NCBI GenBank assembly: GCA_039028615.1
Contig: JBCCHT010000032.1
Location: 32,001-96,000, forward strand
DNA: 64,000 nt
Source: Myxococcota bacterium
GTDB lineage: Bacteria > Myxococcota_A > Polyangia > Nannocystales > Nannocystaceae
Direction: 5' to 3'
Each line of letters starts with the position of its first letter. The stretch's first letter is position 1. Below the pieces are notes generated by a model. The model had not been told where the DNA came from and did no database searches. It worked only from the letters and a program-made list of their open reading frames with translations. A program made the position numbers and the translations under genes. This document shows, in pieces, positions 1 to 8,358 of this stretch.

Positions 1-1378
1 GAGCGAGCAATGGCTGGTCTCTGGCCACATCGACCGGGGCACGGCGGCGCTACAGACCGTGCTCGAGCGGCTCGACCTGCGCTGGCCGAGCAGCCCCCGG
101 GCGGCCTGGACGGGAGTCTTACGGGACCTCCCGGCCATTGCCTTGCGCCGTGCCAAACCCCGCGCCGATGGCTTCGACCCCACCGTGCTCGAGCGGGTCG
201 ATGCCTGCTGGTCTGCCGTGCGTGGGCTGTCGTCGGTCGATCATGTGCGGGGCTTGTTCTTCGTCGTTCGGGGCATGCGGCTCGCTGTCGCGGCGGGTGA
301 GCCCACGCGGCTGGCTCGCTTTGGCATGTTCTTCGGCGCACAGCTACGCGCCATGGGGTTGCCGGGCGGGGAGGCGCTGTTCTCCCGCCATCGGGCGTTG
401 GTGGCGGTCGACGACGTCGAACTCTCCACGTATGTCGACTTCCTCGAGGGCTACGTCCGGCTTCAGCAGGGCGATGGCATCGGGGCGGCGGCGGTGCTCG
501 AGCGAGCCCTCGAACGCTTCGCCGACGAGTGCAGCGGCGTGGCCTGGGAGGTCTCGATCTGCCTCAACATGCTGTGCGAGACGGTCAGCGAGGGCGGAGA
601 CATGAATGCGCTGGCCGAGCTCGCGGGACGAGCCCGGCGGCGGGCCGAGTCTCTGGGCGACATCGGCGGGCTGCAGGGGGCCTACACGTTCTTGGCGGCC
701 TGCGCGATGGCCCAGGACCAACCCGGGAAGGCGCGGCGCTACTACGATGACCTGCTGGGCATGTGGACCGTCGAGGGCTTTCACTACCCGCACTTCATGG
801 TCGGGGTGGGGCGCAGTCTCTGCGACCTCTACGAAGGCGAGCCGCGGGCGGCGTGGGATCGCATGGAGTCGCTGCTCGGCCCGCTCGATGCCTCGGGCCT
901 CGGTCGGTCGCCACACATGCGCGCCAAGGCTCTGGCTCGGCGGGCGCAGTGCTGCTTGGCGTTGCTCGGTGCCGACGAGTCCACCCGCGCCGGGGTCGGC
1001 GAGCGAGCGCTGCTGCGGCTCGTTCGTCGTTGTGTCGGCGACTCCAAGCGCCTGCGACGAGCGGATGTGGCGGCCGAGGTGGCGCAGATCGAGGCCGCGC
1101 TGGCGTGGCACGGCGGCGACGTCGATGCGGCGGCGGCGGGCTTGCAGCTGGCCCGGGAGCGCTTCGAGGCGCTGGGTAGCCACGGGCGTGCCCGGCTGTG
1201 CGAGCTTCGCCATCGCCAGATCACGAGTGCATCGACCTCCGCCATCGACGAGGCCCGAGCCGAGATCGCGGCGCTGGGCATCGAGCAGCCGCTGCGATGG
1301 GCCCAGGCCTACGCGCCCGGGTTCTCCGGGAATCGCATGTCGCGGAACATCGCCAGCAAGTCGGCCTCGCTGAGGTAG
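1..1378 (+). CDS. C-terminal part (5'-truncated by window edge) of a helical/TPR-like protein, probably the tail of a myxobacterial Ser/Thr kinase-AAA ATPase
   Basis: Open frame runs from the window edge to TAG at 1376-1378. Ala/Leu/Arg-rich helical repeats end in 'GIEQPLRWAQAYAPG', which resembles the C-termini of myxobacterial kinase-AAA proteins. The kinase domain itself is not in the window. Confidence 0.6.
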   Translation, partial: SEQWLVSGHIDRGTAALQTVLERLDLRWPSSPRAAWTGVLRDLPAIALRRAKPRADGFDPTVLERVDACWSAVRGLSSVDHVRGLFFVVRGMRLAVAAGEPTRLARFGMFFGAQLRAMGLPGGEALFSRHRALVAVDDVELSTYVDFLEGYVRLQQGDGIGAAAVLERALERFADECSGVAWEVSICLNMLCETVSEGGDMNALAELAGRARRRAESLGDIGGLQGAYTFLAACAMAQDQPGKARRYYDDLLGMWTVEGFHYPHFMVGVGRSLCDLYEGEPRAAWDRMESLLGPLDASGLGRSPHMRAKALARRAQCCLALLGADESTRAGVGERALLRLVRRCVGDSKRLRRADVAAEVAQIEAALAWHGGDVDAAAAGLQLARERFEALGSHGRARLCELRHRQITSASTSAIDEARAEIAALGIEQPLRWAQAYAPGFSGNRMSRNIASKSASLR

Positions 1379-1938
1379 CGCGTACCGCTGTCGTCGCGAC
1401 GCGCGAAGCACCACCACAGCGGAATGAACTCCCCGTAGGCGCCCAGCGTGGTGAGGCCGTTGCCGTCGTCCTCACGCCGATGGGTCTGCACCATGGTGTG
1501 CAAGTCGGACAGCGCCAAGCCCCGCTCGTTGGGTCCGCCACCCTCGGGGACGAAGGGCCGACCCCACCGCTCGAAGATCCGGTCGAAGTGTTCGCGGCTG
1601 AAGCGGCCCGAGCCCAGCGCTTGCAAGATCTTGGTGTCCGCGCGTGGCTTGTCCAGGGGCCCGCCGGTCAGGCCCGCCGAGTCGAAGCTGAGGGTGAGCA
1701 GGTTCCGTAGGAAGTTGTGCGGGCCGAAGCCGTTGCCCATCAGCCCCACCCCGGCCACCACCGCGCCGAAGAGGCGTGAGCCGCTATGCGCCCGGGCGTG
1801 CTCGTAGAGCTGTCGTACCGAGGCTCGCCCCACCGCCAGCGGCCGCACGCCGGTCTGCGGCTCGTTGTCGGGGTTCGCCGCGCAGCGCAAGAAAGGGCAG
1901 GGGGTGCCCGGGAGTTGTTCGGGAGGATCGGTGGACAT
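1309..1938 (-). CDS. Small putative peroxygenase-like protein (N-terminal PCP heme-thiolate-like motif plus caleosin-like C-terminal half)
   Basis: ATG at 1938 with GAGG RBS overlapping the lipoxygenase stop. Motifs PCPFLR, GPLDK, GRFSREHFDRIFERW, LALSDLHTM, AYGEF, YLSEADLLAMF..RFP. Confidence 0.55.
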   Translation of the reverse strand: MSTDPPEQLPGTPCPFLRCAANPDNEPQTGVRPLAVGRASVRQLYEHARAHSGSRLFGAVVAGVGLMGNGFGPHNFLRNLLTLSFDSAGLTGGPLDKPRADTKILQALGSGRFSREHFDRIFERWGRPFVPEGGGPNERGLALSDLHTMVQTHRREDDGNGLTTLGAYGEFIPLWWCFARRDDSGTRYLSEADLLAMFRDMRFPENPGA

Positions 1939-1943
1939 CGGCC

Positions 1944-4259
1944 TCACACGTTGCTCGCCACCGTGACCAGCGATGGGCGAAGGTACTCGTAGGGGCGATC
2001 GGATCGGGTGGTCCGATTGTCGAGGGTGATCTCTCGTTCGATCCGAGCCAGGTGTCGCCGCAGCTGCGCGACCATGGGCCAGACGTCGGGGTCTTCGAAC
2101 CAGTCGAGGGCGTACTCGCCTAGGCAGTCGCCGCGAAGCTCGGAGAGCACGAACATCACGCCGGCCTGGGTCAGCGTCGTCTCACCGCCGGGCAGGAACG
2201 CACCGAGGTCGAGCTCGCGAACGCGCCGAGGATCGGCATAGATCGCGGCGGGCACGTGCGAGGGGTCGCACTGCAGGTCGAACTGCCCGTAGTTGACCCC
2301 GCTGTGGAACACGCTCGAGCGGAAGATGATGGAGGTGAGTACGTCGGCGAGCACCTCGGTGTCATCGAAGGACTCGGGGAAGCCGGCCACGTGTCCCCCT
2401 TGCGAGTCACACAGCTCGGCCCGCCAGGCCTCGAGCTCGTGGTCGTCCTTCAGCTCCCGTGCCGAGGGGTAGTAGTGCTGCACGTAGGCGGTGACGAACT
2501 CGTGCAGGGCGTCCCAGAGCCGCAGCCCGTCGTCGCGGAAGGGATAGTTGGGCAGGGCCTCGCGGTCGTCGACGCCGCGGCGGGCGAGCTCTTGCGGCAG
2601 GTGCAGGTCCCAGAAGTCCCACTGCCGATAGTGACGGCGCATGATCTCGATCGAGCCGTCTTCGAGGCGCCCGGACAGGAGCTGCTCGGTGAAGCCCTGC
2701 GGGTTGGTGAGCGTCTGGCGGCCCAGGAAGTTGTTCCACAGCACCAGCCGCAGGTGCACGGCGAGCAGGGCGGCGATGGGATGATCGCGATGCAGCTGGC
2801 GGGCGGTGGCCACGGCGAAGGCCTCGAGTACAAAGTGCACCCCCGCCAGATGCGTGGCCATCTCGTGGTGATTGAACTCGGCACACAGGTACAGCGCCTT
2901 GACCCGGGTCCACAGTTCGTCGCCATCGGCCGGGGTCAGGCACTCGAAGGCTTCGGGGTCGCGCCCCAGCTGAATCGCGATGGGCCACAGCCCCGACGCG
3001 CTGCCCTCTCCCCAGCGATAGAACAGCCCGTAGGGCGCAGGTAGATAGCGCTGACGGGCGGTCTCGGGGCCGAGCAGCTGCCCGAAGAAATCGCGGTCGG
3101 GGCTGTTTTGGCAGGGGATGTCCGCCACCATCCCGAAGTCGGTGAGGAACAGGCGCCCTTGCTCGACCGCCTGCGCCAGCGTGGCATTGCCCGCGGCTTC
3201 GTCGTCCATGCCATGCGCACGAAGGGCCGCTTGCAAGTGTCCGTCATTGACGGCGAAGCCCTCGGGCAGGCCGTGGTCGCCGTCGGTCCCCACACGCCGA
3301 AGCATCACCGGGTTCGTGCCCGCCACCGGACGACGTCCGAACTCGGTGTCGTCGAGCGTGGGGTTGGGCCCGGTCGGCAGGGGCAGGTCGCGAATGAGCC
3401 GGCTGAGGAACATCTGCCCGTCGGGCGCGACCGTGTGGTACCGCCGCATGCGAGCCATGAAGTTCACCAGCAGCTCGGCGGGGGCGACGATGCGCTTGAC
3501 GGAATCGGGCAGCCACGGGTCCGCGGCTCGTCCCGGCTCGGGCGGCAGCTCGGGCTCGGGTTCGGGTTCGGGTTCGCGCCCCACCAGCTGACGCGCATGA
3601 TCGCGGGCGTTGCCGACGACCGCCTCGACGGTGCTTCGGACGAAGCCCTGGACGATCGTCGCCAGCTGCTCCGCATCGGGAAGCGACAGGCCGCCGGACT
3701 CCTGCATCGTGGCCTCCACGACCTCGTCTTGGAGCGCGTCCATGGCTCGGCCCAGCGGGGTGGTGGTGCCCTGGTCGAGGACCCACGTGCTCAGCTCGTC
3801 GACCGAACGCAGCAGCAGATCCGTGAGGGTCATCGCCAGCTGCTGCGCGGTGGGAATCTGTACTCGAAGCACACGACGCTCACCCGGTGACGGCATCAGC
3901 TCTCGCAGGGCTTGCCCGACCCACTGCGGCACTTGCTCACGCGCCAGCTTTCGCGACTGCAGCATGAGGCCCAGCCAGTGCGTCCGAGGGACCCGCTCGA
4001 GCAGCTCGTAGATGGCCGGCCCGGCCCCCAGGGTCTTGCGAATCAGCCACTCGCTGGGCGGCTGTTCGGCGGCAGGAAGCCCGGCAAAGGAACCCGCGAG
4101 CACATCGTAGATCGACAGCACTCCGGTGCCGTCGACGTACGGGATGTGCAAGAACGGGAAGGGGGCGAGGTACTCGTGGTCCCAGCGGTAGAGCGAACGC
4201 TGTTGCTCGAGCTCGTCGGCACGGGCCGTGGAAGGGTCGTGTTGGGGCAAGCGAATCAT
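1944..4259 (-). CDS. Lipoxygenase
   Basis: ATG at 4259 with GGAG RBS. Bacterial LOX N-terminus LPQHDP..ELEQQRSLYRW; EFGRRPVAGTNPVMLRR; LWPIAIQL; iron-ligand motifs HHEMATHLAGVH and FHSGVNYGQ; LPNYPFRDDG; C-terminus PYEYLRPS..ASNV. Confidence 0.95.
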   Translation of the reverse strand: MIRLPQHDPSTARADELEQQRSLYRWDHEYLAPFPFLHIPYVDGTGVLSIYDVLAGSFAGLPAAEQPPSEWLIRKTLGAGPAIYELLERVPRTHWLGLMLQSRKLAREQVPQWVGQALRELMPSPGERRVLRVQIPTAQQLAMTLTDLLLRSVDELSTWVLDQGTTTPLGRAMDALQDEVVEATMQESGGLSLPDAEQLATIVQGFVRSTVEAVVGNARDHARQLVGREPEPEPEPELPPEPGRAADPWLPDSVKRIVAPAELLVNFMARMRRYHTVAPDGQMFLSRLIRDLPLPTGPNPTLDDTEFGRRPVAGTNPVMLRRVGTDGDHGLPEGFAVNDGHLQAALRAHGMDDEAAGNATLAQAVEQGRLFLTDFGMVADIPCQNSPDRDFFGQLLGPETARQRYLPAPYGLFYRWGEGSASGLWPIAIQLGRDPEAFECLTPADGDELWTRVKALYLCAEFNHHEMATHLAGVHFVLEAFAVATARQLHRDHPIAALLAVHLRLVLWNNFLGRQTLTNPQGFTEQLLSGRLEDGSIEIMRRHYRQWDFWDLHLPQELARRGVDDREALPNYPFRDDGLRLWDALHEFVTAYVQHYYPSARELKDDHELEAWRAELCDSQGGHVAGFPESFDDTEVLADVLTSIIFRSSVFHSGVNYGQFDLQCDPSHVPAAIYADPRRVRELDLGAFLPGGETTLTQAGVMFVLSELRGDCLGEYALDWFEDPDVWPMVAQLRRHLARIEREITLDNRTTRSDRPYEYLRPSLVTVASNV

Positions 4260-4329
4260 TCGAGTCTCCAACCGTCGTGAGGGAGTCTCTCACGGGGCTC
4301 GGGGTTTCGGCAGCTGCTACGATGGGCCC

Positions 4330-5262
4330 ATGGCCTGGTTGGAGGGACCCGGACCGTCGTCGACCGTCACGCTGGCGGCTCGCTCCGTGGTCGGGCGGGC
4401 GCCCAACTGTTCGGTGCGTCCCGCCGATCGCCGTGTCTCGGGAGAGCACGCCACGATCGCGTGGTCGGGGGAACGCTGGGAGATTCGCGATCTCGGCAGC
4501 CGCAACGGCACCTTCGTCAACGGCCAGCGGATCGAAGTTCGGCGGGCCGTTCCGCTGAGCGTAGGAGACCAACTGGGTTTCGGTGGCGTCGACGAGGTCT
4601 GGCGCCTGGCCGACGCGAGCCCGCCCGTGGCGACCGCGCGGCGCGTGGGGAGCGGAGAGGTCCTCGTCGCCGAAGGACAGCTGCTGGCCTTACCCAGCGC
4701 GGACGAGCCCTGGATCACCGTTTATCAGGACATGCACGGCACCTGGCAGGCCGAGTCCACCGCGGGGTGCCGGGCGGTCGAGGACGGCGAAGTGCTCGAT
4801 GTCGACGGCCAGGCCTGGGCACTGCACTTGCCCACCACCCTCGAGCCCACCGTCGACGTCGACCAGCGGAACCCGGCCTTCGGCGAGCTGGAGCTGAGTT
4901 TCTCCGTCAGCAGCGACGAAGAAGACGTCGAGCTCATCGTCCGTCACGAGGGGCAACCGCTCGAACTCGGAGGGCGAGCCCACCACTTCGTGCTCTTGTT
5001 GCTCGCCCGGGCCCGACTCGAAGATGCCCAACAACCCGGCCTGTCCGAGGCCGAGCACGGCTGGCGCTACGTCGAGGACGTCTGCCAGATGCTGCGGGTG
5101 GACGATCTACGCCTGAACACTGCGATCTATCGCGCCCGCAAGGAGCTGGGTGCCATCGGGGTTCGCGGGGCGCCGCAGCTGGTGGAGCGCCGTCGTTCGT
5201 CGCGAAGCCTGCGGCTGGGCACGGGCGCGGTCACGGTCACCCGCAGCGGCCCGATTCACTGA
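4330..5262 (+). CDS. FHA-domain protein with C-terminal winged-helix DNA-binding-like domain (putative transcriptional regulator)
   Basis: FHA motifs VGR..C, VSGEHA, IRDLGSRNGTFVNG. C-terminal 'LNTAIYRARKEL..LVERR' resembles an OmpR-type wHTH. Confidence 0.85.
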   Translation: MAWLEGPGPSSTVTLAARSVVGRAPNCSVRPADRRVSGEHATIAWSGERWEIRDLGSRNGTFVNGQRIEVRRAVPLSVGDQLGFGGVDEVWRLADASPPVATARRVGSGEVLVAEGQLLALPSADEPWITVYQDMHGTWQAESTAGCRAVEDGEVLDVDGQAWALHLPTTLEPTVDVDQRNPAFGELELSFSVSSDEEDVELIVRHEGQPLELGGRAHHFVLLLLARARLEDAQQPGLSEAEHGWRYVEDVCQMLRVDDLRLNTAIYRARKELGAIGVRGAPQLVERRRSSRSLRLGTGAVTVTRSGPIH

Positions 5263-5271
5263 GGTCGGCGT

Positions 5272-6105
5272 CTACGCTTTGTCGAGCCCGAGGTGCTCGA
5301 CGACCTCGGCCAGGTGCTGCGCGTCGCCATCGACGAGCTTCTCCAGCAGCTTGCGGAAGCGGTCGACCCCGGGGCGCGTGGCTGAGTCGTCCGGTCGATA
5401 CAGCGGCAGCGGCTCGTCGACGCCCTTGAGCGTGTAGCGATCGAGAAAGGTCAGGCACAGCTCCCGATTCATCTCGTTCATGCGCTTTTGGATCGCGATG
5501 CGGCGCTCGTCGTCCCGCTCGGCTCGCTCCTTGGCCCGCAGGTCGTTGAAGTTCTCCCCGTAGAACGCGGAGGCGCACATCTCGACGTTGGTGTCGCCGA
5601 TGATCACGCTGGCGTTGGAGATGATCTTGGTGAGGGCCTCGACGCGGGCGGAGACGTTGACGCAGTGCCCGATGAAGGTGTTGACCCCGGCCGCGCCCGC
5701 GCCCGCGCGGACCCGGGAGACCTCGCCCGACTCGACGCCCACGCCGAAGGACACGAAGGGGAGCAGGCCGGTGGAGTCCTCGCGCAGGTCACAGCAGCGC
5801 CGTAGCCCCGCCTCGAGCAGGTAGGCCGACAAGAGCCCGTTGGCGTAGTGCCGGGGGCCGAGGAACACGACGAGCAGCCCGTCGCCCGTGCCGTTGACCG
5901 ACAGCGTGGGCTCCTCGCGCTCGCTCGGCGCCAGCGCGACCATGCAGGCCTCGAGGGTGGCGGCATAAAACAGCGCCAGGAAGTGACAGAACTGGTTGGT
6001 TCCGTCCGGGTCGAGCGCGGCCGCGTTGAGGTTGGGCGTGAAGTTGCGCAGGTCCACGAGGACGCTGGTCGCGGGGACCGGGGGATCGACTCGGGGACGA
6101 CTCAT
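5272..6105 (-). CDS. Stand-alone class III nucleotidyl (adenylate/guanylate) cyclase-like protein
   Basis: Metal-binding VDLRNFT and TGDG, FIGHCVNVSARVE (N..R), LKGVDEP. Confidence 0.75.
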   Translation of the reverse strand: MSRPRVDPPVPATSVLVDLRNFTPNLNAAALDPDGTNQFCHFLALFYAATLEACMVALAPSEREEPTLSVNGTGDGLLVVFLGPRHYANGLLSAYLLEAGLRRCCDLREDSTGLLPFVSFGVGVESGEVSRVRAGAGAAGVNTFIGHCVNVSARVEALTKIISNASVIIGDTNVEMCASAFYGENFNDLRAKERAERDDERRIAIQKRMNEMNRELCLTFLDRYTLKGVDEPLPLYRPDDSATRPGVDRFRKLLEKLVDGDAQHLAEVVEHLGLDKA

Positions 6106-6150
6106 GGGCGCCCCCAGGTTCGCCCGAAATCGGACTCGACGTCGAGCCTG

Positions 6151-7257
6151 TCAGGACACGACCACCACCATGGCCGCCAGCCCCACCGCGACACGCGCAA
6201 ACTCGAGGGGCACCGCCCAGCGTCGTCGTTCGAGCAGTCCCCCGCCAGCGACCACGGAGACCACGAGCCAGGCGACCATGGCCACGCGAAAACCGAGGCT
6301 CCAGTCGTCGCCCACCAACAGCGTCCAGCCGAGCACGGGCGGAATCAGCAGCCCCGAAAGGCCCACGTACCAGCGCAACGACCTCGTGCCCAGGGCCTCG
6401 GGGTGGGTCTCGGGCGAGGAGCTGCGATGGCCGGGCACGAGCCGCGCGAGGTGGGCGGGACCCGCCAGCCACAGGCGCAGGCGGTTTGCACCGTGGGCTC
6501 GTTGCGTGGCCGCGACCAGCTCGCGGAAGATCGCGAAGTTGCCCCACACCGAGTTGAGCGTGTGCAGCGGCTTGGTGAGGCCATAGCTGGGCTCTTCGTG
6601 TTCCTCTTGGAAGGTCCCGAACAGCCGGTCCCACACCACCAGGATGCAGGCGTAGTTGCGGTCGAGATACTTCTCGTTGCGGCCGTGGTGCACCCGGTGA
6701 TGCGACGGCGTGTTGAACACCCACTCGATTGGGCCCAGCTTGGGCACGTAGCGGGTGTGCATCAGGAACTGATACAGGAAGTCGAAGACCACGATGCCGA
6801 TGAACATCTCGATCGGCATGATGAGCGCCAAGGGGATGCGCCAGGGCCAGGAGGTCAGCTTCTGGAACGCGGCCTGGCGCAGCGCGGCGGCGAGGTTGTA
6901 GTCCTCGGCCGCGTGGTGGACCCCGTGGATGGCCCACAGAAAGTGAATCTCGTGGTGGTGACGGTGCAGCCAGTAGCTGGACAGGTCGAACGCGATGATG
7001 CCGATGACCCAGGCCCACCACGCATCGGTGGGCAGCAGGTCCCAGGTGACCAGCTGGGCGACGGCGAGGAAGGGGAGCGCCATCAGGCCCTTGGTGAGAA
7101 AATCGAAGGCCTGGTAGACGACGCCGTGGCCGATGTTCACGACCATCTCGCCCACGCGATAGCCACCGTCCTGCCGTAGTCGGCTCACCGCCAGTTCCGC
7201 GGTGATGAGCGCCACGAAGAAGAGGTAGGCGATCGCGAGCATCTGCAGTTCGGTCAT
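6151..7257 (-). CDS. Fatty acid hydroxylase/sterol desaturase superfamily membrane di-iron enzyme, alkylglycerol monooxygenase-like
   Basis: His boxes YWLHRHHH, WAIHGVHH, YQFLMHT, TPSHHRVHHGRN..YLDRNY..WDRLFGTF; multiple TM helices. Confidence 0.9.
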   Translation of the reverse strand: MTELQMLAIAYLFFVALITAELAVSRLRQDGGYRVGEMVVNIGHGVVYQAFDFLTKGLMALPFLAVAQLVTWDLLPTDAWWAWVIGIIAFDLSSYWLHRHHHEIHFLWAIHGVHHAAEDYNLAAALRQAAFQKLTSWPWRIPLALIMPIEMFIGIVVFDFLYQFLMHTRYVPKLGPIEWVFNTPSHHRVHHGRNEKYLDRNYACILVVWDRLFGTFQEEHEEPSYGLTKPLHTLNSVWGNFAIFRELVAATQRAHGANRLRLWLAGPAHLARLVPGHRSSSPETHPEALGTRSLRWYVGLSGLLIPPVLGWTLLVGDDWSLGFRVAMVAWLVVSVVAGGGLLERRRWAVPLEFARVAVGLAAMVVVVS

Positions 7258-7859
7258 GAGGAGCCTCCGAGGGCGGGCAAGATGCGGCCCAGTTGCTCGA
7301 CCAGCGCGATGACGGGGTCCGACTGGCCGGGGCGTTCGTAGCTGGCACCGACCGCCAGCCCGTTGAAGATGGAAAACACCAGGCTGGGCAGGACCTCCGC
7401 GAGTGCGGGGGGCACATGGCGGAGATCGACCAGCGCCATGAAGGCGGAGCGGACCTCGTTGTCGAAGCGGGTCATCAGCGCCCGCATGGGTTCACGAAGC
7501 TGGGGGTCGGTACGGGCCGCGACCGCCAGCTCCAGCCACGCCACATAGACGGGGCCCTGCCACTCTGCCCACAGCTGCTGCACGAGCGCGGTCGGCTGCA
7601 GCGGGGACTGGCCCTGCCGCGACGCGACGAAGCGGGCGACTCGCTCGGCGAGGATCGAGTCGAGGGCGGCGAGCAGCAGCGCGTTGCGGTTGGGGAAGTG
7701 GTGCAACATCGTGCCGCGAGAAACCCCCGCGCGTCGGCACACCTCCTGGGTACTGGTGCCCGCATAACCGCACTCGGCCAGCGACTCGATCGTCGCGTCC
7801 ATCAGCTTGGCCCTCGTCTGTTCCGAGCGCGATTGCTTGGGTGTGCTGTCTGCGGACAT
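7254..7859 (-). CDS. TetR/AcrR family transcriptional regulator
   Basis: N-terminal HTH 'GYAGTSTQEVCRRAGVSRGTMLHHFP'; ATGA overlap with the downstream desaturase. Confidence 0.95.
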   Translation of the reverse strand: MSADSTPKQSRSEQTRAKLMDATIESLAECGYAGTSTQEVCRRAGVSRGTMLHHFPNRNALLLAALDSILAERVARFVASRQGQSPLQPTALVQQLWAEWQGPVYVAWLELAVAARTDPQLREPMRALMTRFDNEVRSAFMALVDLRHVPPALAEVLPSLVFSIFNGLAVGASYERPGQSDPVIALVEQLGRILPALGGSS

Positions 7860-7873
7860 GGCCAGCCGACTCT

Positions 7874-7891
7874 ACAGTCAGAGCTGACTGT
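7874..7891. promoter_or_regulatory. Probable TetR operator 1 (ACAGTCAG-ag-CTGACTGT)
   Basis: Perfect 8-bp inverted repeat 14 bp upstream of the tetR start. Confidence 0.75.
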
Positions 7892-7906
7892 TTAGCGCTG
7901 TGATCT

Positions 7907-7930
7907 AAAACCGTCAAGTGTGACTGTTTT
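7907..7930. promoter_or_regulatory. Probable TetR operator 2 (AAAACCGTCA-agtg-TGACTGTTTT)
   Basis: Second near-palindrome with the same ACAGTCA-N4-TGACTGT core (one mismatch), in an AT-rich patch. Confidence 0.65.
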
Positions 7931-8358
7931 TAAAAACCAGCTCTTCTCGGTCCGAATAACGTTGTTATCCGAACACCTACGCGGCCAATCGATGTTCTCC
8001 ATCGTTTTGTGCGGGGTGGGCCGAGGGCGATCGAAACTGAGGTTCGACGAACTCGAGGCCTTCCGGCGACGACCCATTGCCGATGGCATCGCCGTCGATG
8101 ACGGGCGGGTCCGGGCTCCGTGATCGATGTGGCGTCTGGTGGATCCGCGTGTCATTGAACCCGAGTCGACGCTCAATGGGTCGACATGAGACGAGGCCTG
8201 AATTGCGCAGCCCCCATCGCGCGTAGCCCTGGCTCGAATCTCGTGTGGTTAGTTCCCTGAGTCGTCGTCCCGACACTCGATCGCGACGCAATCCGATCGT
8301 CGCTCGTGCGTCTCCTTCACCATGTGCAAGCGGGTGCGAACGCTTGCCTCCAAGTCCC

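Noticed and set aside
7920..8123. Short plus-strand ORF after the TetR operators (..RRPIADGIAVDDGRVRAP), a possible relic of a divergent gene
   Set aside because: Its 5' half is AT-rich promoter-like sequence and the similarity is too weak to call without a search.
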